Shown here piece after piece: positions 1 through 14,544 of a stretch of 64,000 nt of DNA. The DNA lies in contig NC_068983.1 in NCBI RefSeq assembly GCF_001194135.2, positions 108,750,029 to 108,814,028 on the forward strand, written 5' to 3'. The notes under the pieces were generated by a model. The model worked only from the letters and a program-made list of their open reading frames with translations. It ran no database searches and was not told where the DNA came from. This DNA comes from Octopus bimaculoides. Taxonomy: Eukaryota. A program made the translations under genes and the position numbers. How positions within the stretch are numbered: the first letter of the stretch is position 1; each line of letters begins with the position of its first letter.

Positions 1-1127
1 TTGAAGGCAATACTCCATTGAATGAAATCATCAAAAGAATAAAAGTAAAAACATATATTTTCCTATGAATACTCAGACACATACAAACACACATCAAATA
101 CTAACTATGGTCCTTCCTTAATGAAGAATGAAGATAATTTATCTCAGATTAGAATGATTAGCTTCAAAGAATACAAGATATGTGTACTTATGAATTTGCA
201 TAGTCTGGTCACACAAACACATTAAATTCTAAAGCAATTAACATTATTAAAAATTTTGCAAAAGTTTAACATAAATTTCGATCATTAACATTTTGTACAT
301 CAATACTATAAATACTGAATGCAAAATATCAAACACTATGTTAACAAGAATTCTAATCAGTCACCAACAATAACAAAAGTAATTAATTATGAACATTAGC
401 AGGAAAATATTTATTCATTCTACAGATTGCAATAATCACGTGTTTTAAAATTACAAGTTTAAAGTGAAACTAAAATGCATAGCCAAACAAAACTCACGGA
501 AATAGAGAACTAAGAAAAGTAAAAATCATCAAATTCAATGCATAATTCAGTTATATGCATAATATCCATTATAGTGGAAAATTTCATTGCCTTGATAAAA
601 AACAATATTTTCTTGTCAAGAGCAGATATCCCAGACTCTTCAAAAATCAATTTGAAAATTATCATCATCTTGATTAAGGAAGAATTTGTATTAATTGTGT
701 ACTAAGGAACAAGCTAAAACATAACAAGTAAACAACATATCTAGCTTATTTATTTCAGGCAATGAAGGCACAAGTGTATTGAGCTTGAATACGTTCTATA
801 GATAACGTTGAAATAATTATATTAGGCTTACAGAAAATACATTTTGAATCAGTATCAGTTATGAATACAATACATTACTTCTTGAAGAGAAGTGGATCAA
901 ATTGCGCCTAATTACTCTAGTGAATCTAGTGCTTGAATGAGGACATAAATAGTAAAATTGCGATAATTTGTCTAAAGACAAAACTGAAAATCCATCTGTT
1001 AAGAGATGAAGGATGCGTTATTTTTTATTATGGGGAAATATACCATTCTCATGCAGTTGTTTGGGAATCTTAATTTTAAAAAATGGCTGTTATTAGAAAA
1101 CAAACATGAAAATAATCAACTCTTAGT

Positions 1128-1200
1128 GAACTTGTCCATATACACAGGAGTGAAAGAACTTGTCCATATACACAGGAGTGAAAGAACTTGTCCATATACA
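1128..1200. repeat. 28-bp tandem repeat, about 2.6 copies
   Basis: Unit gaacttgtccatatacacaggagtgaaa at 1128 and 1156, with a partial copy at 1184. Confidence 0.95.
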
Positions 1201-1639
1201 AATGAATGAAAATCATTTTTTCATGGCTGAAACGAATGCTACTCAATCAGTGTAATAATGACAAAAAGCTTAAAAAGATGTGAACAAATTCTGATAATTT
1301 ATTGACCAACAATAAATCTGATTGATTTGATCTCCATTTTAAGCTTCTGAGAAGCATGAAAAAATTAAAGTGGATTCGAGGTCATGTATTTATTTATTCA
1401 TTTGATTCTTGTTGAGATGTCATATTTGAACATGAAACTGATCAGTGACAGACATTAAGGCAGTATAACCACTGAACAATATTTAAGAATCAAATGCAAT
1501 TCTGATCCCACTGTGTGGGGTCTTAGGCTAACATCATCTGTAGTTTCAGACTAACCAATGAAAGAAGCCTGTTGCATATGTATACAAGTATTTGTGTGAA
1601 TCTATGCGCATGCAAGTGAGTTTACGTTTTTTACATGCA

Positions 1640-1793
1640 TATATCCCTGAAAAAATATGGCTGAGGCAAAGAATAAAGTACCTTAGTGGAAAAAATGTAG
1701 GGGTTGGCATCAGGAAGGGCACCTGGCTGTGGAATATTGCATCAAGAAGTTTTTTCAACCCATGCAAGCATGAAAAACAGTGAGTATATTATG

Positions 1794-1838
<45 letters not shown>
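1640..1838 (+). mobile_element. SINE-like repeat (family C) with (GAT)n tail
   Basis: The motifs gttggcatcaggaagggcacctggctgt and caacccatgcaagcatgaaaa are followed by (GAT)n; related motifs occur at 8355-8500 and 60570-60750. Confidence 0.7.
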
Positions 1839-1840
<2 letters not shown>

Positions 1841-4800
1841 AATGTATATCTAAACTTGTAAAGATGTAGCTAAAATTGAAAAGGAGAAAGAAATACGAAG
1901 TGATGTGAGAATGTATTATAAACATCTTATAGAAGTAAAATCATGAGTGTTTTAGAATGAAAAAACATATGAAGGCTGTGATGAGATAAAGCATCTTTTG
2001 AAATAGTTTTACTAATTTCTTTTCCAGTTAATTTAGGAGGTTTCTGCTATCAATATATAAACATCTGTCAGCAGTTGTTATCCATCTTAATTGCTGTTAA
2101 GTATTTAGAAAGATTTCTTTCAAGTCATTTCTGTATATAAGTAAAATAGATTGCTTAGAAACACTTTATAGTGAAGGAGAAATGAATTTTTTGTTGATAT
2201 TTTCTTTTTTATCTTTTTTTGTTTTGTTATCTATAGGTTGAAGGTAAGAGTTAAGAGATATAAGATGCATTCAGTAGAAAAATTGATATATTTTGAGCTA
2301 ATAGTATTTTCTGTATAAATGATAAGAGTTGAAAATGTTTGATAGGGGCTGATTTATTGATTGCAAAGCTGATTGTTTTTAAACACCACCATCATTGTAT
2401 AATCTCAATTGCAAATATACTGAACCCCCAGTAGCTTACTCTAGCAAACTATAAGTACCACAGGTTTTCAATTTTAAGCATTGGGAGGACTGTAGAATTG
2501 ATATGTGTCAACTTAAGGAGTGACATTTCTCCCATTTTGTGCAATAAAATTTGTTAAGCACTTGACTTGTGCAATTTTGTGACACAAAAAGAGGAAAGAA
2601 GTTACTCCACAAAATAATATATATCAGTTTTATCATGCTTCCAACAGGGAAACAGTTTCTATAAGGTACCTATCTATAGCTTGCTGGAGCGAGCCATTGG
2701 ATTATACCATAGGATCTATTCAGTAGAGACACTAGAAAAGTGGTGTGTGTTTAAAAACAATCAGCTTATAATCAATAAACTATAGCCCTATCAAACAGTT
2801 TGAACTTTTATTGTTTATTCAGAAAATACAATTAGCTCAAAATATATAAATATTTCTACAGAATGTATTTAAAAGAGAAATATTGTATTTTGTGGATCAT
2901 CATGCGATTGCTATGTAGAAGAAAGAGATGCAGTTAAAATAATTTCAGTTATCTATCTTGATATTTTGTAAACTGGGGATTCATCAATTAGTAACTGAAT
3001 ATTTATGCATTAAATCAAATATCAATGTTTTTGTAAAGCAAAATATCAGCAAACATATAATTAAAAAGAAGTACCTGAATTATAAAAGTTTTAATATTTG
3101 TTTTAGTAAGGAATAGCATGGAAATATATACAAACTGCAGATGAAAATTATATTAAATGCATAAATAGATGATGATTCTATTACATAAATAGCGATTTGT
3201 TTTGTATTGAGTTAGTATAGTAAGCAACACATTTCAAAAAATGAAAACAAATTTTGTCTTTTCTTTCAGTAGAACATAGAATGATATGCATTTACTCATT
3301 GCACTTGAACTCCCCTTATATATTAGCAGAAATAACATTATGAGCCAATTAATGGAAATTTCCATCAATGGGTTCCATTGTGTTAGATAGACATCGTTAG
3401 TACTCTTTCTTTACGAAATTTAATCAAAAAGCAATTATTAAACAATAAACTAGCATTCGTATCAAAACCTATCGATTTACCTGAATATAATTGATGTACC
3501 TACATTGTTTGCAGGTTTTGCCATTAGCAAATTGCCAATGGTTTTAAATTAGCTATAATTGAATTGTTGGTGGTTTTTCTTAGCAATTTGCCATCCATTC
3601 AATCTACATGGTGTAATACTATACTGTATTATTATATATTTGTGTATTTATGAAAACTCTTCTCAATGGGCGTATATTTATTTATTTTTAAAAAATTAAG
3701 AAAAATTAGGAGATCTAGAAATAGTGACTTGTACAAAGTCGTTGATTATTCCAATAATAATAATGTTTACCAGTATACATTAATGTTTTTCTTTACAAGT
3801 GAGGATGTATTAAAATATGCATGCATATTTTTAGCTGTCAATTTGTACTTACATATCTACTTATTTATCAAAGAAGAAAATTAAGAATGGATTATCACAT
3901 CATGTTAGCTTAAATCTTTTAGATTATAGGTTTTAGTAACGAAGAGAATTTAACAAAATTTAATAAATGCAAAACATGAAAATGACAAGAAACTGTATAA
4001 CCATTCAATCTTATCCAACTGTTTGTGTATTACTGACTGTATGCTTTAATTTGCATACATTTTAATAATTAATAACTTTGGTACGTGCTGATGTATATTT
4101 TATATTAAGATTTTTCTTGCCTTAGAGCTTTCAGGTTTGCTACCAAAGTATGCATTTGTTAAGACATCAAAGGTTTTGAACTTCAAAGCCTAAATGCTAA
4201 TAAATAGATTCCTTTGTATTGGAAATATTCAATGTGGATTCATTAACATTTCTCTCAAAAAAGTTCTTTTTTTTTTCATGAAAATATTAAAGTATAAATA
4301 ATAAATAGTTGCCTTAAAGATTAACATAATCTATTTAAGAGAAATTTATATTTTAGAATGTAAAATGATCCATAATACAAATATTTTGAAATAACAATAA
4401 AAATAAATGGTAAGGCACTTTCCATTAAAGTTTCTCAAGAACCTTATTAAAGATTATGATTCATGATTTCAAATAGAGTGCTTAATAAAATGGAATCCTC
4501 ATTCTTTTTATCTAAAACAATAGGCATTGATTCATATATTTCATTGAGGATAAGACAACTTATACCATAACATCAAAACATAAACACTCCCACTTTGCCA
4601 AAAAGCAGTCATCGTTATCTTAAGCATGTTTGTATCTTTTTACTATTACAATAAATATTCTAGTAAAATTACTTGCTTTGATATATTTTTCTAAAAACAC
4701 TTTACATTTAATCTTACAGTAATTTATGTAACATATTTCACCAGCTACTATAAAAAAATTACTAACATCCATTTTTGATCAAGTTCACATCTTCAATTTT

Positions 4801-7321
4801 TATGAAGTTCATATAAGCCATTTTAGTCCCACACTAATTGCTATATATACCTTCCTACTTTTATTTCTCATATCTTCCTCATGTCAGAGTTGGTCATCTC
4901 TCTCATAACAGCTGCTTATGAATAAAGCGAATCTTTAAACTGTTATTCAACTTTCTTCCAGTCACACTTTATTCCTTCTGTCCTTCCTTAAAAACAAATT
5001 CAAAATAACTACACTGATCTCATCTGATCCACTGCTATAACTAATTAGAACATAGGATCGCAACTAGACATAGTCTTCATTGCTTATGGCACCAATGATG
5101 TAATTTATTGACTAAATTTGTACATATCATATTTCTCAGAATTGCATTATATTTAATAGAATATATCTAGAGAGAAATCATGTTAGTTATTAATTACATA
5201 TCAGAATTTATATTTTGAACAAGACTAAAATACATATTTAAGTATCAGAAATAACTGATTGATATATTTGATGGCATGTTACATCATTTTTCACATAAAC
5301 TTTACTTTTGTATAAGTAACATCTGATTAATACTAGTCTGGCTGGAATATTTCTGAATATATGGATAGGAATAGCTACAAAGCATATCCCAACAACAATA
5401 ACATTTAAGTGGGGAAGAGGTTCTTCATAATAAAAAGTAACAAAAATAAGAAATTACTAACTAGTTATTTAATAGTTATATCCTTCTAAATTACTGGTGT
5501 AAACATGCTATCTTTTACCAACTTTAACAATTTGATCATAATTCTTACTTTATTCAAGTACAATTTACTTTTCAACCACACCAGTTTCCAACCTTGATAC
5601 TCTCAATTAACAAGCACTTCATTCAATGCATCATTTTCCATCATTATCCTAAGGTTTGAAGAATTAAATAATGTGTTTGAACTTCACTAGGTCCCAGGGC
5701 AAATGATTGATCAAAACCATTTTGTTTTTTTTCTGATTTATAAAGGAATCATTGAAATCTTAATGTAGACTGATCCATCATTGTTATTTTGATGGGATGA
5801 ATCAGGTGAGTCAAGTGCACATCAGAAATATTCAGCACTAAAAACTTATTTCAGTCTATTAGACTTGACTATTTCCCTGTTGAGCATTATTAAAATTAAT
5901 TTGAATTCACTCCTCTAACTTACAATGTATATTCTATGCTAATATGTCTGTATACTAACAATGATGTACGTTATGTGAGCATATATTTTCTACACTGACA
6001 TTGAATAAATAAGTTCTTAATACTGTCAGATTTGATTGATCATAGAGTAAAAAATTCAATGCTAACTGAAGAGAGAGGTAGTGAGAAAGAGACATAAGGT
6101 GGCCAGACAGGAAGAGTAAGAGAGTGCACTAGGAAATTAGTAAATCAGTAACATACATTTTACCCAATTGTACTTTAACAAGGGGCTCCAGAGAATTGAT
6201 AGAATGTGAATGGTTTCTTGTTGATAAGCACTGTGTTCAGTAGATGTGATACAAAGAATCAACTTGCCATTGGTGCAACCAATCACAGATAAATTACAAA
6301 AATGTAATGAAATAGAATGAAATAATAATAAAAATTTGATAATATTAATATTATTATTATTAATAACACTATTTACACAGTTCATACTCAGCAGAATCAT
6401 CACCCAATAAAATTATATCACAACCCCCAAATACTCTATATGATTACTGTCCAATTAAATGATGCAATTCATATGCTTAGAAAATAAACACCCAATACTA
6501 TAAACATCTTACAACTCACATTCTGCAGGTGATGTTATATAACATAACAATATGCACAGAGTACAATCTCTTCACAATCACTGTCTGACACTAAAACATG
6601 TCACAAAATATATATGATACATAATTGACACTCAACAAAATAACACAACTCACATACGACACAATCTTCCAATTTCACAGATAAAACACTAAAATAACAC
6701 TAGAGATATAAAAAAAAAACAAACAGGACAAACCAAAACCAATGTAGCATCCAAATACCACACCACAAAAAAGATGATACTGTAAACACCTCAAGAACAC
6801 AAATGTCTTTAGCAATGCATTAAAATCTTGTGTAACAACCTTCAAGCAACAGGTAATGCTTTAGACATGTCATTTCCACTGGTTTTATTTGTCAATGAGT
6901 GAAAAGTATTCTAGCAGCCATTTTGTTTTTATAAAACAGAGCTCAAAAAGAATCTTTCTTAGCTTGTTTTGCTTATCCATGCGAAGAATGTACTAACCTG
7001 TCATGCCTCTTTTACTAGGCATACATGAGTGCCACAGAAACTAATAGAATCATTTTATTCATATAGAACTCCAGAATTTGAACTCAGAATGTAAAGCTGA
7101 ACGAAATTCCACTGCCAACTCTTCGCGTTAATCTGATTTTAAATAATGATTTCAAATTTTGGCACAAGGCCAGCAATTTTGGGGAAGAGGTAGTTTGATA
7201 AAATAAGTACCTGTAGAGTATTGTTTTTCTGAACGGGTTGTCACAATTTTTATGACAGAGCAATTTAATTAAGACAATAGATAAACAAATTATCCTTATG
7301 ATTGTTATTAGTATTATTATG

Positions 7322-7495
7322 AAGGCGGTGAACTGGCAGGATCAAATTCTGTTGAGGTTGACCTTGCCTTTCATTCTTTCAGGGTCAATAAAATAAATAC
7401 TAGTCGAGCACTGGGGCTAATGTAATCGACTTATCTGGCTTTGTGCTAAAATTTGTGCTAAAATTTGCTGGCTTTGTGCTAAAATTTCAAACCAT
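7322..7495 (+). mobile_element. tRNA-derived SINE (family A), internally deleted
   Basis: Contains aaggcggtgaactggcag and gaggttgaccttgcctttcattctttcagggtcaataaa, shared with the copies at 7524, 9655 and 9897. Confidence 0.75.
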
Positions 7496-7523
7496 TATTA
7501 TTATTGTTGTTGTTATTATTAAT

Positions 7524-7740
7524 AAGGCAGTGAGCTGGCAGAAGCGTTAGCATACTGGATGAAATTCTTAGAGGTATTTCACCAGTTGCTACATTCTGAG
7601 TTCAAATTCCACCGAGGTTGACTTTGCCTTTCATCCTTTTGGGGTCAATAAATTAATTACCAGTGAAACACTGGGGGTCATATAGTCGACTATCTCCTCC
7701 CCTAAATTTCAAGCCTTGTGCCTACAGCAGAAAGGATTAT
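7524..7740 (+). mobile_element. tRNA-derived SINE (family A), near full length
   Basis: A-box-like tggcagaagcgttag, B-box-like gagttcaaattcc, conserved core gttgactttgcctttcatcctttt; flanked by (ATT)n. Confidence 0.85.
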
Positions 7741-7741
7741 T

Positions 7742-8337
7742 ATTACCTCCACCTTAGCGAAGGTGGAGGTATTGTTTCCAGTTGTGTTTGTTTGTGTGTC
7801 CATGGACTAGATAGCTCAAGAACCGCTGGATGGATTCGGATGAAACTTTCAGGGAAGTTTGGCCTCATGACTGGCACAAACTAATTGGATCTTGGGATAG
7901 ATCCGGTACCAGATAAGGATTCTGGATTATTTGTTATATTTACTTTACTTTACATCATTACGATCTTACATTAACTTTCAAGTCTTTCTCAATTATCTCC
8001 ATTTAGGCTGTAACTATTTTGAATGGTGAATTTGTTAACTTTGGCTTGTACTAGATAATGATAAACTATTTATTATTGTTACTAAATTTTCTACAGCCAC
8101 CTTCACATTCCATGACTAACATTGGGATTGATCTGGGACTGAACAAAGATTCTGGATTATTTTTCTGGTTTTTTACTTAAGTTTTGAGAGCGGTCGGATT
8201 CATTTTTAGTATTCTCATTTGTGAGAGCAGTCGAGTTTATTTCAGATATTCTCATTTTAAAAATCATTTCTGGCTAATCGTTGAGAAGACGTTGGTGTTG
8301 CCTTGACAGGGGTTTGCACTCTCTGAGTGCTCTTGTT
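7742..8337 (+). mobile_element. Non-autonomous Helentron/HINE-like element
   Basis: 5' perfect hairpin ACCTCCACCTT-agcg-AAGGTGGAGGT (7745-7770), then a gtttgtttgtgtgt tract; 3' hairpin GCACTC-tct-GAGTGC (8316-8330); T-rich flanks. This layout matches DINE-1/HINE-type elements. Confidence 0.65.
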
Positions 8338-8354
8338 ATTATTATTTTGGTGCA

Positions 8355-8500
8355 GCTCTCCAGTTTACTAGTTCCAGTCAAACCATCTAACCCATGCCAG
8401 CATGGAAAACGGACGCATGATGATGATGATGATAATGATAATGATGATGATGATGATGATGATCATCATCATCATCATAATCGTCATCACTGTCATCATC
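8355..8500 (+). repeat. Family C SINE 3' end plus (GAT)n/(CAT)n microsatellite
   Basis: gtcaaaccatctaacccatgccagcatggaaaacggacg is followed by GAT/CAT repeats, which account for ORF 8281..8520. Confidence 0.8.
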
Positions 8501-9204
8501 AGGTTTCAAATAGAACATAACTTTTATCATATGAGGACCTAATTAGTTTTGAAGCTAGAATCTGAATTAGCAGAATATCTATGATTCAAAATTCGCATTT
8601 GTTGATTATAATAAAGAGGTATGTTTCAGTTGGATATGTTTTGTTTTTCAACTAGCTACAATACATTTTTAAAAAACACAAGAGATAATTTATGTATATT
8701 AGTTTTAATGGCTGTCAAAACAGATTGGGATAAAATAAAAGACTGATTTTGAAAAAAAAAAGAAACAAAACAAAAATTGAAGTAATGAAGAATAACGCTT
8801 TGTATGAAATATTAAAGCCTAAAGTTTCAATCAAATGCAGTAATCTTTTTAATTAAGCATTGGTTTATTTTAAGTAGTAAATGAAATTTGTGCAAATTAA
8901 AATTATGATTTGATTAGATAAATTAATATTTTAATTATTGGTGTTATTATTTATAGCAACAAACTCATCATTTTATATTTATATTACCAGTATCAAAATG
9001 AGTACTGATATAATATTGCTTCAATTTTATTGCTTCCAATTTGACTTTTTTTTCATTTTGAATTTCATGAAACACATGTTTCTATCTTTCTCACTTTTGA
9101 GCTTAATTACAATGCTTCCACTGAGTTATATGCTATCATTCTAGTTTTCTTTCATGCAATTATTACTATTATTATTATTATCATTATTATTAATATTATT
9201 GAGT

Positions 9205-9600
9205 GAAAGAGCAGCACATGCCATCAAAGTGACTCTGGGGTACAAATATACAAAGCCCAATATACCCATCCTGACTACCCATCTGATTAGGGTACACCAG
9301 GCACATGCATCACAACCATATGAGCATGACATGGTGATCTCATATCAAAATAAATAGTACATGACCTTCCAGGTGGGGTTCAGTAAGAATTTTCTGCAGG
9401 TAAAGTAGCTCATCTCACTCAAAAGGTCCCTGAATAAGGTTTGTTTCAGGTTGATGAATGATTCACTCATATTTCCTGGGGTGAATTATTGAAGCCTGAA
9501 AGAATGCCTGTCAACACATGGCTATGAAGCTCCCCTACTACTGCTCATGATCAGAGATGCACAAAATATCAGCCACTAAGGGACATGCTCAACTGGTTTA
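9205..9600. repeat. Interspersed repeat of about 400 bp (recalled octopus repeat, class unknown)
   Basis: GC-richer block between (ATT)n and (AAT)n tracts; resembles an octopus repeat from memory (gagcagtgcatgccatcaaagtgac...cagccactaagggacatgctcaactgg). Not database-verified. Confidence 0.5.
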
Positions 9601-9654
9601 TAATAATATTAATAATGATAATAATAATAGTTGTTGTTAATATTATTATTATCA

Positions 9655-9865
9655 AGTGAGCAGGCAGAATTGTTAGCATGCCGGGCAAAATGCTTAGCAG
9701 TATTTCATCTGCCACTATGTTCTGAGTTCAAATTCAACCAAGGTTGACTTTGCCTTTCATCCTTTCAGGGTTGATAAATTAAGTACCAGCCATGTACTGG
9801 TGTCGATGTGATCGACTGTCCCCCTTCCCACAAAATCCAGGCCTTGTGCCTATTGTAGAAACGAT
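9655..9865 (+). mobile_element. tRNA-derived SINE (family A)
   Basis: gcagaattgttagcatgccgggcaaaatgcttag...ctgagttcaaattc...gttgactttgcctttcatcc. Confidence 0.85.
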
Positions 9866-9896
9866 AATTATTGTTATAATTATTATTATTGTCATT

Positions 9897-10112
9897 GAGG
9901 CAGTGAGCTGGAAGAATTGTTAGCACGCCGGGGTGAAATGCTTAGTGGTATTCTATCTGCCACTACATTCTGAGTTCAAATTCTGCCTAGGTTGACTTTG
10001 CCTTTCATCTTTTTGGGTCAATAAATTAAGTACCAGTTACGTACTGGGGTTGATGAAATCGAATTAATGCCTTCCTCCAAATTGGAGGCCTTGTGCTTCC
10101 AGTAGAAAGGAT
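9897..10112 (+). mobile_element. tRNA-derived SINE (family A), tandem with the previous copy
   Basis: Same A/B-box head and core; preceded by (ATT)n and followed by (CAT)n. Confidence 0.85.
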
Positions 10113-10388
10113 TATCATCATCATCATCATCGTCATCACATCATCACTATCATCATCGTCATCACATCATCATCACCATCATACACTTGCACCTTAAGCC
10201 CTGAAATTCTGCACATCTTTATTTTATTAATGTGTGCATCATATGAAAATCAATCTTTATTATATAAATAAAACATTCTCAGATCATTAGCACTAGGAGT
10301 TTTCTTAAAGTTGTAGCAAGTGGATCTTGCACAATATTTCCAATGATAATTGTTCAATAGTTTAAGTGAACAACCAAGTTCATTAATG

Positions 10389-10605
10389 CTTTAGCATTCA
10401 GATTATTCTGTCAAATGTAATACTTCTTTATTCACATTGTTTTGAATTAATCCTCACATCATCTCATAAGTTCAAGATTTCAATGATATGACTGTATACT
10501 TTTTGAATGACATTGTAGGGAAGGTGGGAGAGGTTAGATCCGGCCAGCTTGGACATAAATCAGGTAGAATATTTGGGCCAAATATCACTGGTTTTAATGC
10601 TAAAG
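10389..10605. mobile_element. MITE-like element with short TIRs (possibly piggyBac-like)
   Basis: ctttagcatt (10389-10398) and aatgctaaag (10596-10605) are exact reverse complements about 220 bp apart; the outer ends are decayed. Confidence 0.5.
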
Positions 10606-10619
10606 GTTCAAATTAATAT

Positions 10620-10885
10620 GGAAATGGCTGAGTATTCCACAGATATGTATACCCCTAATGTAATTCTCTTGCAGAGTCAGTGTGAAACTTTAGACATGGC
10701 TAGACCTTTTACTTACATGTGTAGTCTAGCTGACAGGCTTCCATACAGTTTCCAATTTCATTCACAAATTATGGGCTGATCCGAGATTATATAAAAGATG
10801 TGTGGCTAAGATGCCATGCTATAGAATCAACACCAGGATCTCATAATTGGAAAGCAAAGCTAACTATTTAGCCATACTGCTCCTA
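10620..10885 (-). mobile_element. Decayed tRNA-SINE remnant
   Basis: ggcttccatacagtttcc...ttcacaaattatgggctgatccgag...aagatgtgtggctaagatgcc resembles 44925-45080. Confidence 0.45.
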
Positions 10886-13800
10886 TAAGTTGCATTATCA
10901 CTTCTCTAAATGATGTTGACTAGCTTCATAAAACACAATCGGTGATCAAAATTTGAAGTCAGTGAGATTTGGAATTATGTCTATAATTTATTTCAAGCAT
11001 CCATTAGTGAATGAGCAGCTAGGATTACAAAAAATGTAAGCAAACTAAAACATATATTTAAATAATATTTTCAATGAAATTCATAAAATATCAGCAATAA
11101 ATTGAGGTAAAAATTTCTCGTTAAACTCGAGCGATAAATATGTGTCAGTTGAAAGTGTACGGAGTAGCCACAAGAAAATCAATAAATAATGATATAAGAT
11201 CAATTTATGATATATTCAGCAAAATGTGTTATTATATAAACACTTTTTGATAAAATATAGTCTGTGGAAAGGATAATAGTTATTTCCTTTATTAAGAATA
11301 ATGGTTTCTTTTTGAAAATACATACAATATATATTTTATATATATGTATAAAACTATATCCAAAATTAGTGATGAAATATGAAACTAAAGGAACATTTTT
11401 GTATTTTGTAAGTATTCTATAAATAAGACAAATGAATTGATGCTAAACTAGATGTCATATTATGACAGAAAGACAGAAGTTGGAGTCAGGTATTTTGACA
11501 GAATTTCAGTAACACACCTGAATCAAACAGTGAGGGAATAAAGTGAAATCTCACGTGGGATGTATTGGATTCATTAGCATAAAAACATGACACTTTGACC
11601 ACCAGGCAATACTGACATCAAAAGGAAGTTTAAAATAAACAAAAAGAAACATTATTGATTTTGAATACAATATAAATAAGGCTAGCATGAGTAAAGATCT
11701 TAATTTGATTTGTTATATTGATAAAAATAGAGTCAAAAGATTAGAATGTTTATTGTTCGCAAGATATTGACTTTTCATTAATTTATTTTGGTTTGATTTT
11801 TATCAGTTACTGTATCCTAGTGCTTTTGAGATATTTTTATATCCTTACTGAAATTCAGATGAAACAGGAAAGAAGTTTTATCTTTTAGTTTTAACCTTTG
11901 TTGCATTCCAAATGAAGTTTCATTTAATACAATTTTCAATAATTATTTTGGAATTCATTAATATTTGAGAAACAAGAAAGCTTTCAGAAAAAAAACATTA
12001 TTTTATTGTATGCTGATGTTACTTTTTCCATTTTCTTTCTCTAATTGTAGAACTCACTTGCAAATACCATTAGAATGTTATAGATATATCAGTTGGATTT
12101 TGAAAGAATAAGGTAAGCAGACTAATGTGTTTGAAATACAAACATTTAATTTTAGTTGTTTATATGAATATTATTTATAGAAAGTATCTTGATGGTGAGA
12201 CACATCTAACGGTATAAAATCAATGTATGGCATCACGAAATTGTTTTTGATAACACAAAATAATTTTTTTCTCCATTTTGTGTCATTGCTCCTAAAATGA
12301 TGACTTCTGCAAAATAAAAGCAAATTTATAATGCAGATATAATGCTATATAAATGGCAATTGAATTTCATTGAATATTTGTTACAGATTTTGATGCAGCA
12401 AACTTCAATGAGATATGTATGATTTACACCAGATATTTACATTAGAAATTCTCATCAGATAACCATTATGACAACTTCCACACTTTGGTCGAAACAACTA
12501 TTCTCCATTTAATAAACAAATTTTGACCTATTTTCTTGAACTCATGTTCATTTCTGTTTGTTTTGGTATTTATAGAGTATGCTACTTTGCTTTTTCTATT
12601 CATTCTTTTTCTCTCATCCTCTCTGTTGTGTATGTTTACACTATTCATAGTTACTGCTCACCTACATAAATGTAATCCTGTTTCAATTTCCTCTTTGTTG
12701 CCTAGTAAATCTATGAAAATTTAGCATTGGTTTTCAAGGTATTTGATGTGTCCAAATCATGATTATTCTCACGATACCAAATTTTTCCCATTTATGTTAT
12801 TTTTCATTAATTCTGCCGCAGCATCGCAAATATTTTATCTTTTTTATATTTTTCTGGCAATTCCACAAGTATCTTAATCCTTTCTGTAGGTTTTCCGGGG
12901 TCAACATAATTAACTATGAGTCCTTAAAGGTCATGATGACCTCAGTCCAATGAGTGAAACTAATAAAGAATAAGTTTTATATGTATATATAAATAATCTA
13001 CATTATATAACATATATATATATATAAGTATGTATATGCATTTATTTCCTTGACACAAAACCACTGGTTAAAAACTCTTTAATGTAGTAAACAACAATAC
13101 ATAAACGATGTAAACATTTATGATTAAATAAGAAAAAGGAAAAACTATCCTCTATACTGAAAGTAGAGTTGTATAATATTTTGTAGGATGAACTTCACAA
13201 ATTGTCACTATAAATCTCTTCTAGCTGATCTTTGGATGATCATGAAAAATGGAACATAAAATTTTATATACAATAAACTTTCAGTGAAAATGTTTCAATA
13301 TTGAAATGAATAGTGGTTGGATAAAAATGGTTTAAAAGAATCTAATTTCTTGACAATATAACTGTTTTTTGAAACATATGAGAAGTAACACTTTAAATAA
13401 AACAGATGAAATTAGGCAATATGATATAGTGGACACAGAATATAAACAGCATGAAAAGTTATTGAAAACTATATATATTTGTGTGAAACAGTTGCCATTG
13501 CCAGTTGCATGTGCATAAATATCTAACACAGCAATAGAAAAGCGGTATATAGGTGTTTTAAAACAGTTTTAAAATGATGATACAATTAATATTACTCAAA
13601 GTTTTCTGAATATTCAACTATGTGAGAAACATATTGGTATTAGAATCATCCATCTGTGTGTACATAATTGGAAAATAAGAATACTTTGAAGTATAGATGC
13701 AAAGGTCTAGCAACTCTGATCTTTCATTTAATGTAAGCTATCTTGAAATAATATGGAAACTGTATCACTTAAACAAAAATTACCGAATGAATTCATAGCA

Positions 13801-14544
13801 GGAAGTAGTGTATTAAAGTATTGACCATTTAATTTTAAACACCACAAAACCTAGATCTTTTCCAGACAAAATATGATTTGAAAGAATTGTAAGGAATCTT
13901 TTATTCTGTTTTACTGAATGTATTAATATGGTCATTAAAGCATATTTTAAAGCAGTTCTTGCTTAATCCATTGTAAGTGAAGTGCATGATGTTGTTATCT
14001 TTGCACAGCATATTAGAGCTTTGAAGTACAATTACCAGTAAAGGCACAATTATTTAGCTCAATGAAATTACAATTTGATGGAGAAACTATATTACTGGTA
14101 TTGGAAAGGTTTTTGGAAATAAAGTGGTTAACTGAGTATGCCATATTTTTACAAGAATGGCTAACTTTAATCAATATTTTAGTTAAACTATATATCATCA
14201 GAATATTGAAAGAGATTAAATGTAAGTTTCAGGCAAATAATGTTCATTTCTTCAAACTGAATTCTGGATCATAGCATATGATATTTCTTTAAATATTTTA
14301 ATGCTTGGAAACAGAGTGTGTTATACATTGTATTTTGTATAGAAATTAACAATTAAGAGGGGGTAAAATAACATTGAGAAGCACCACTGAATGTGAAAAT
14401 AATGAGTATATACTTTTACTTATATTAGAAATTAGATTCTGTTGAATATTGAAGTGTGTTGAAATGAATTCTAATTTATATTAAATAATTGTTTTTCGTA
14501 ATGATAAAACTTAGTTATATTTAAGTTGAAATGACTCTGCATGT

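Noticed and set aside
1128-1200. CRISPR-like or other repeat-spacer array
   Set aside because: These are contiguous tandem units with no unique spacers; the context is eukaryotic with no cas genes.
2237-2243. 7-nt micro-exon (ctatag|gttgaag|gtaaga)
   Set aside because: The splice signals look good, but such motifs arise by chance in AT-rich DNA and no partner exons were found.
12051-12112. Exon with a strong acceptor and AG|GTAAG donor
   Set aside because: Stops occur in all three frames; a non-coding or terminal exon cannot be supported without RNA data.
12466-12953. GIY-YIG-like YIYVGE on the minus strand
   Set aside because: An isolated motif among many stops, with none of the other conserved residues.
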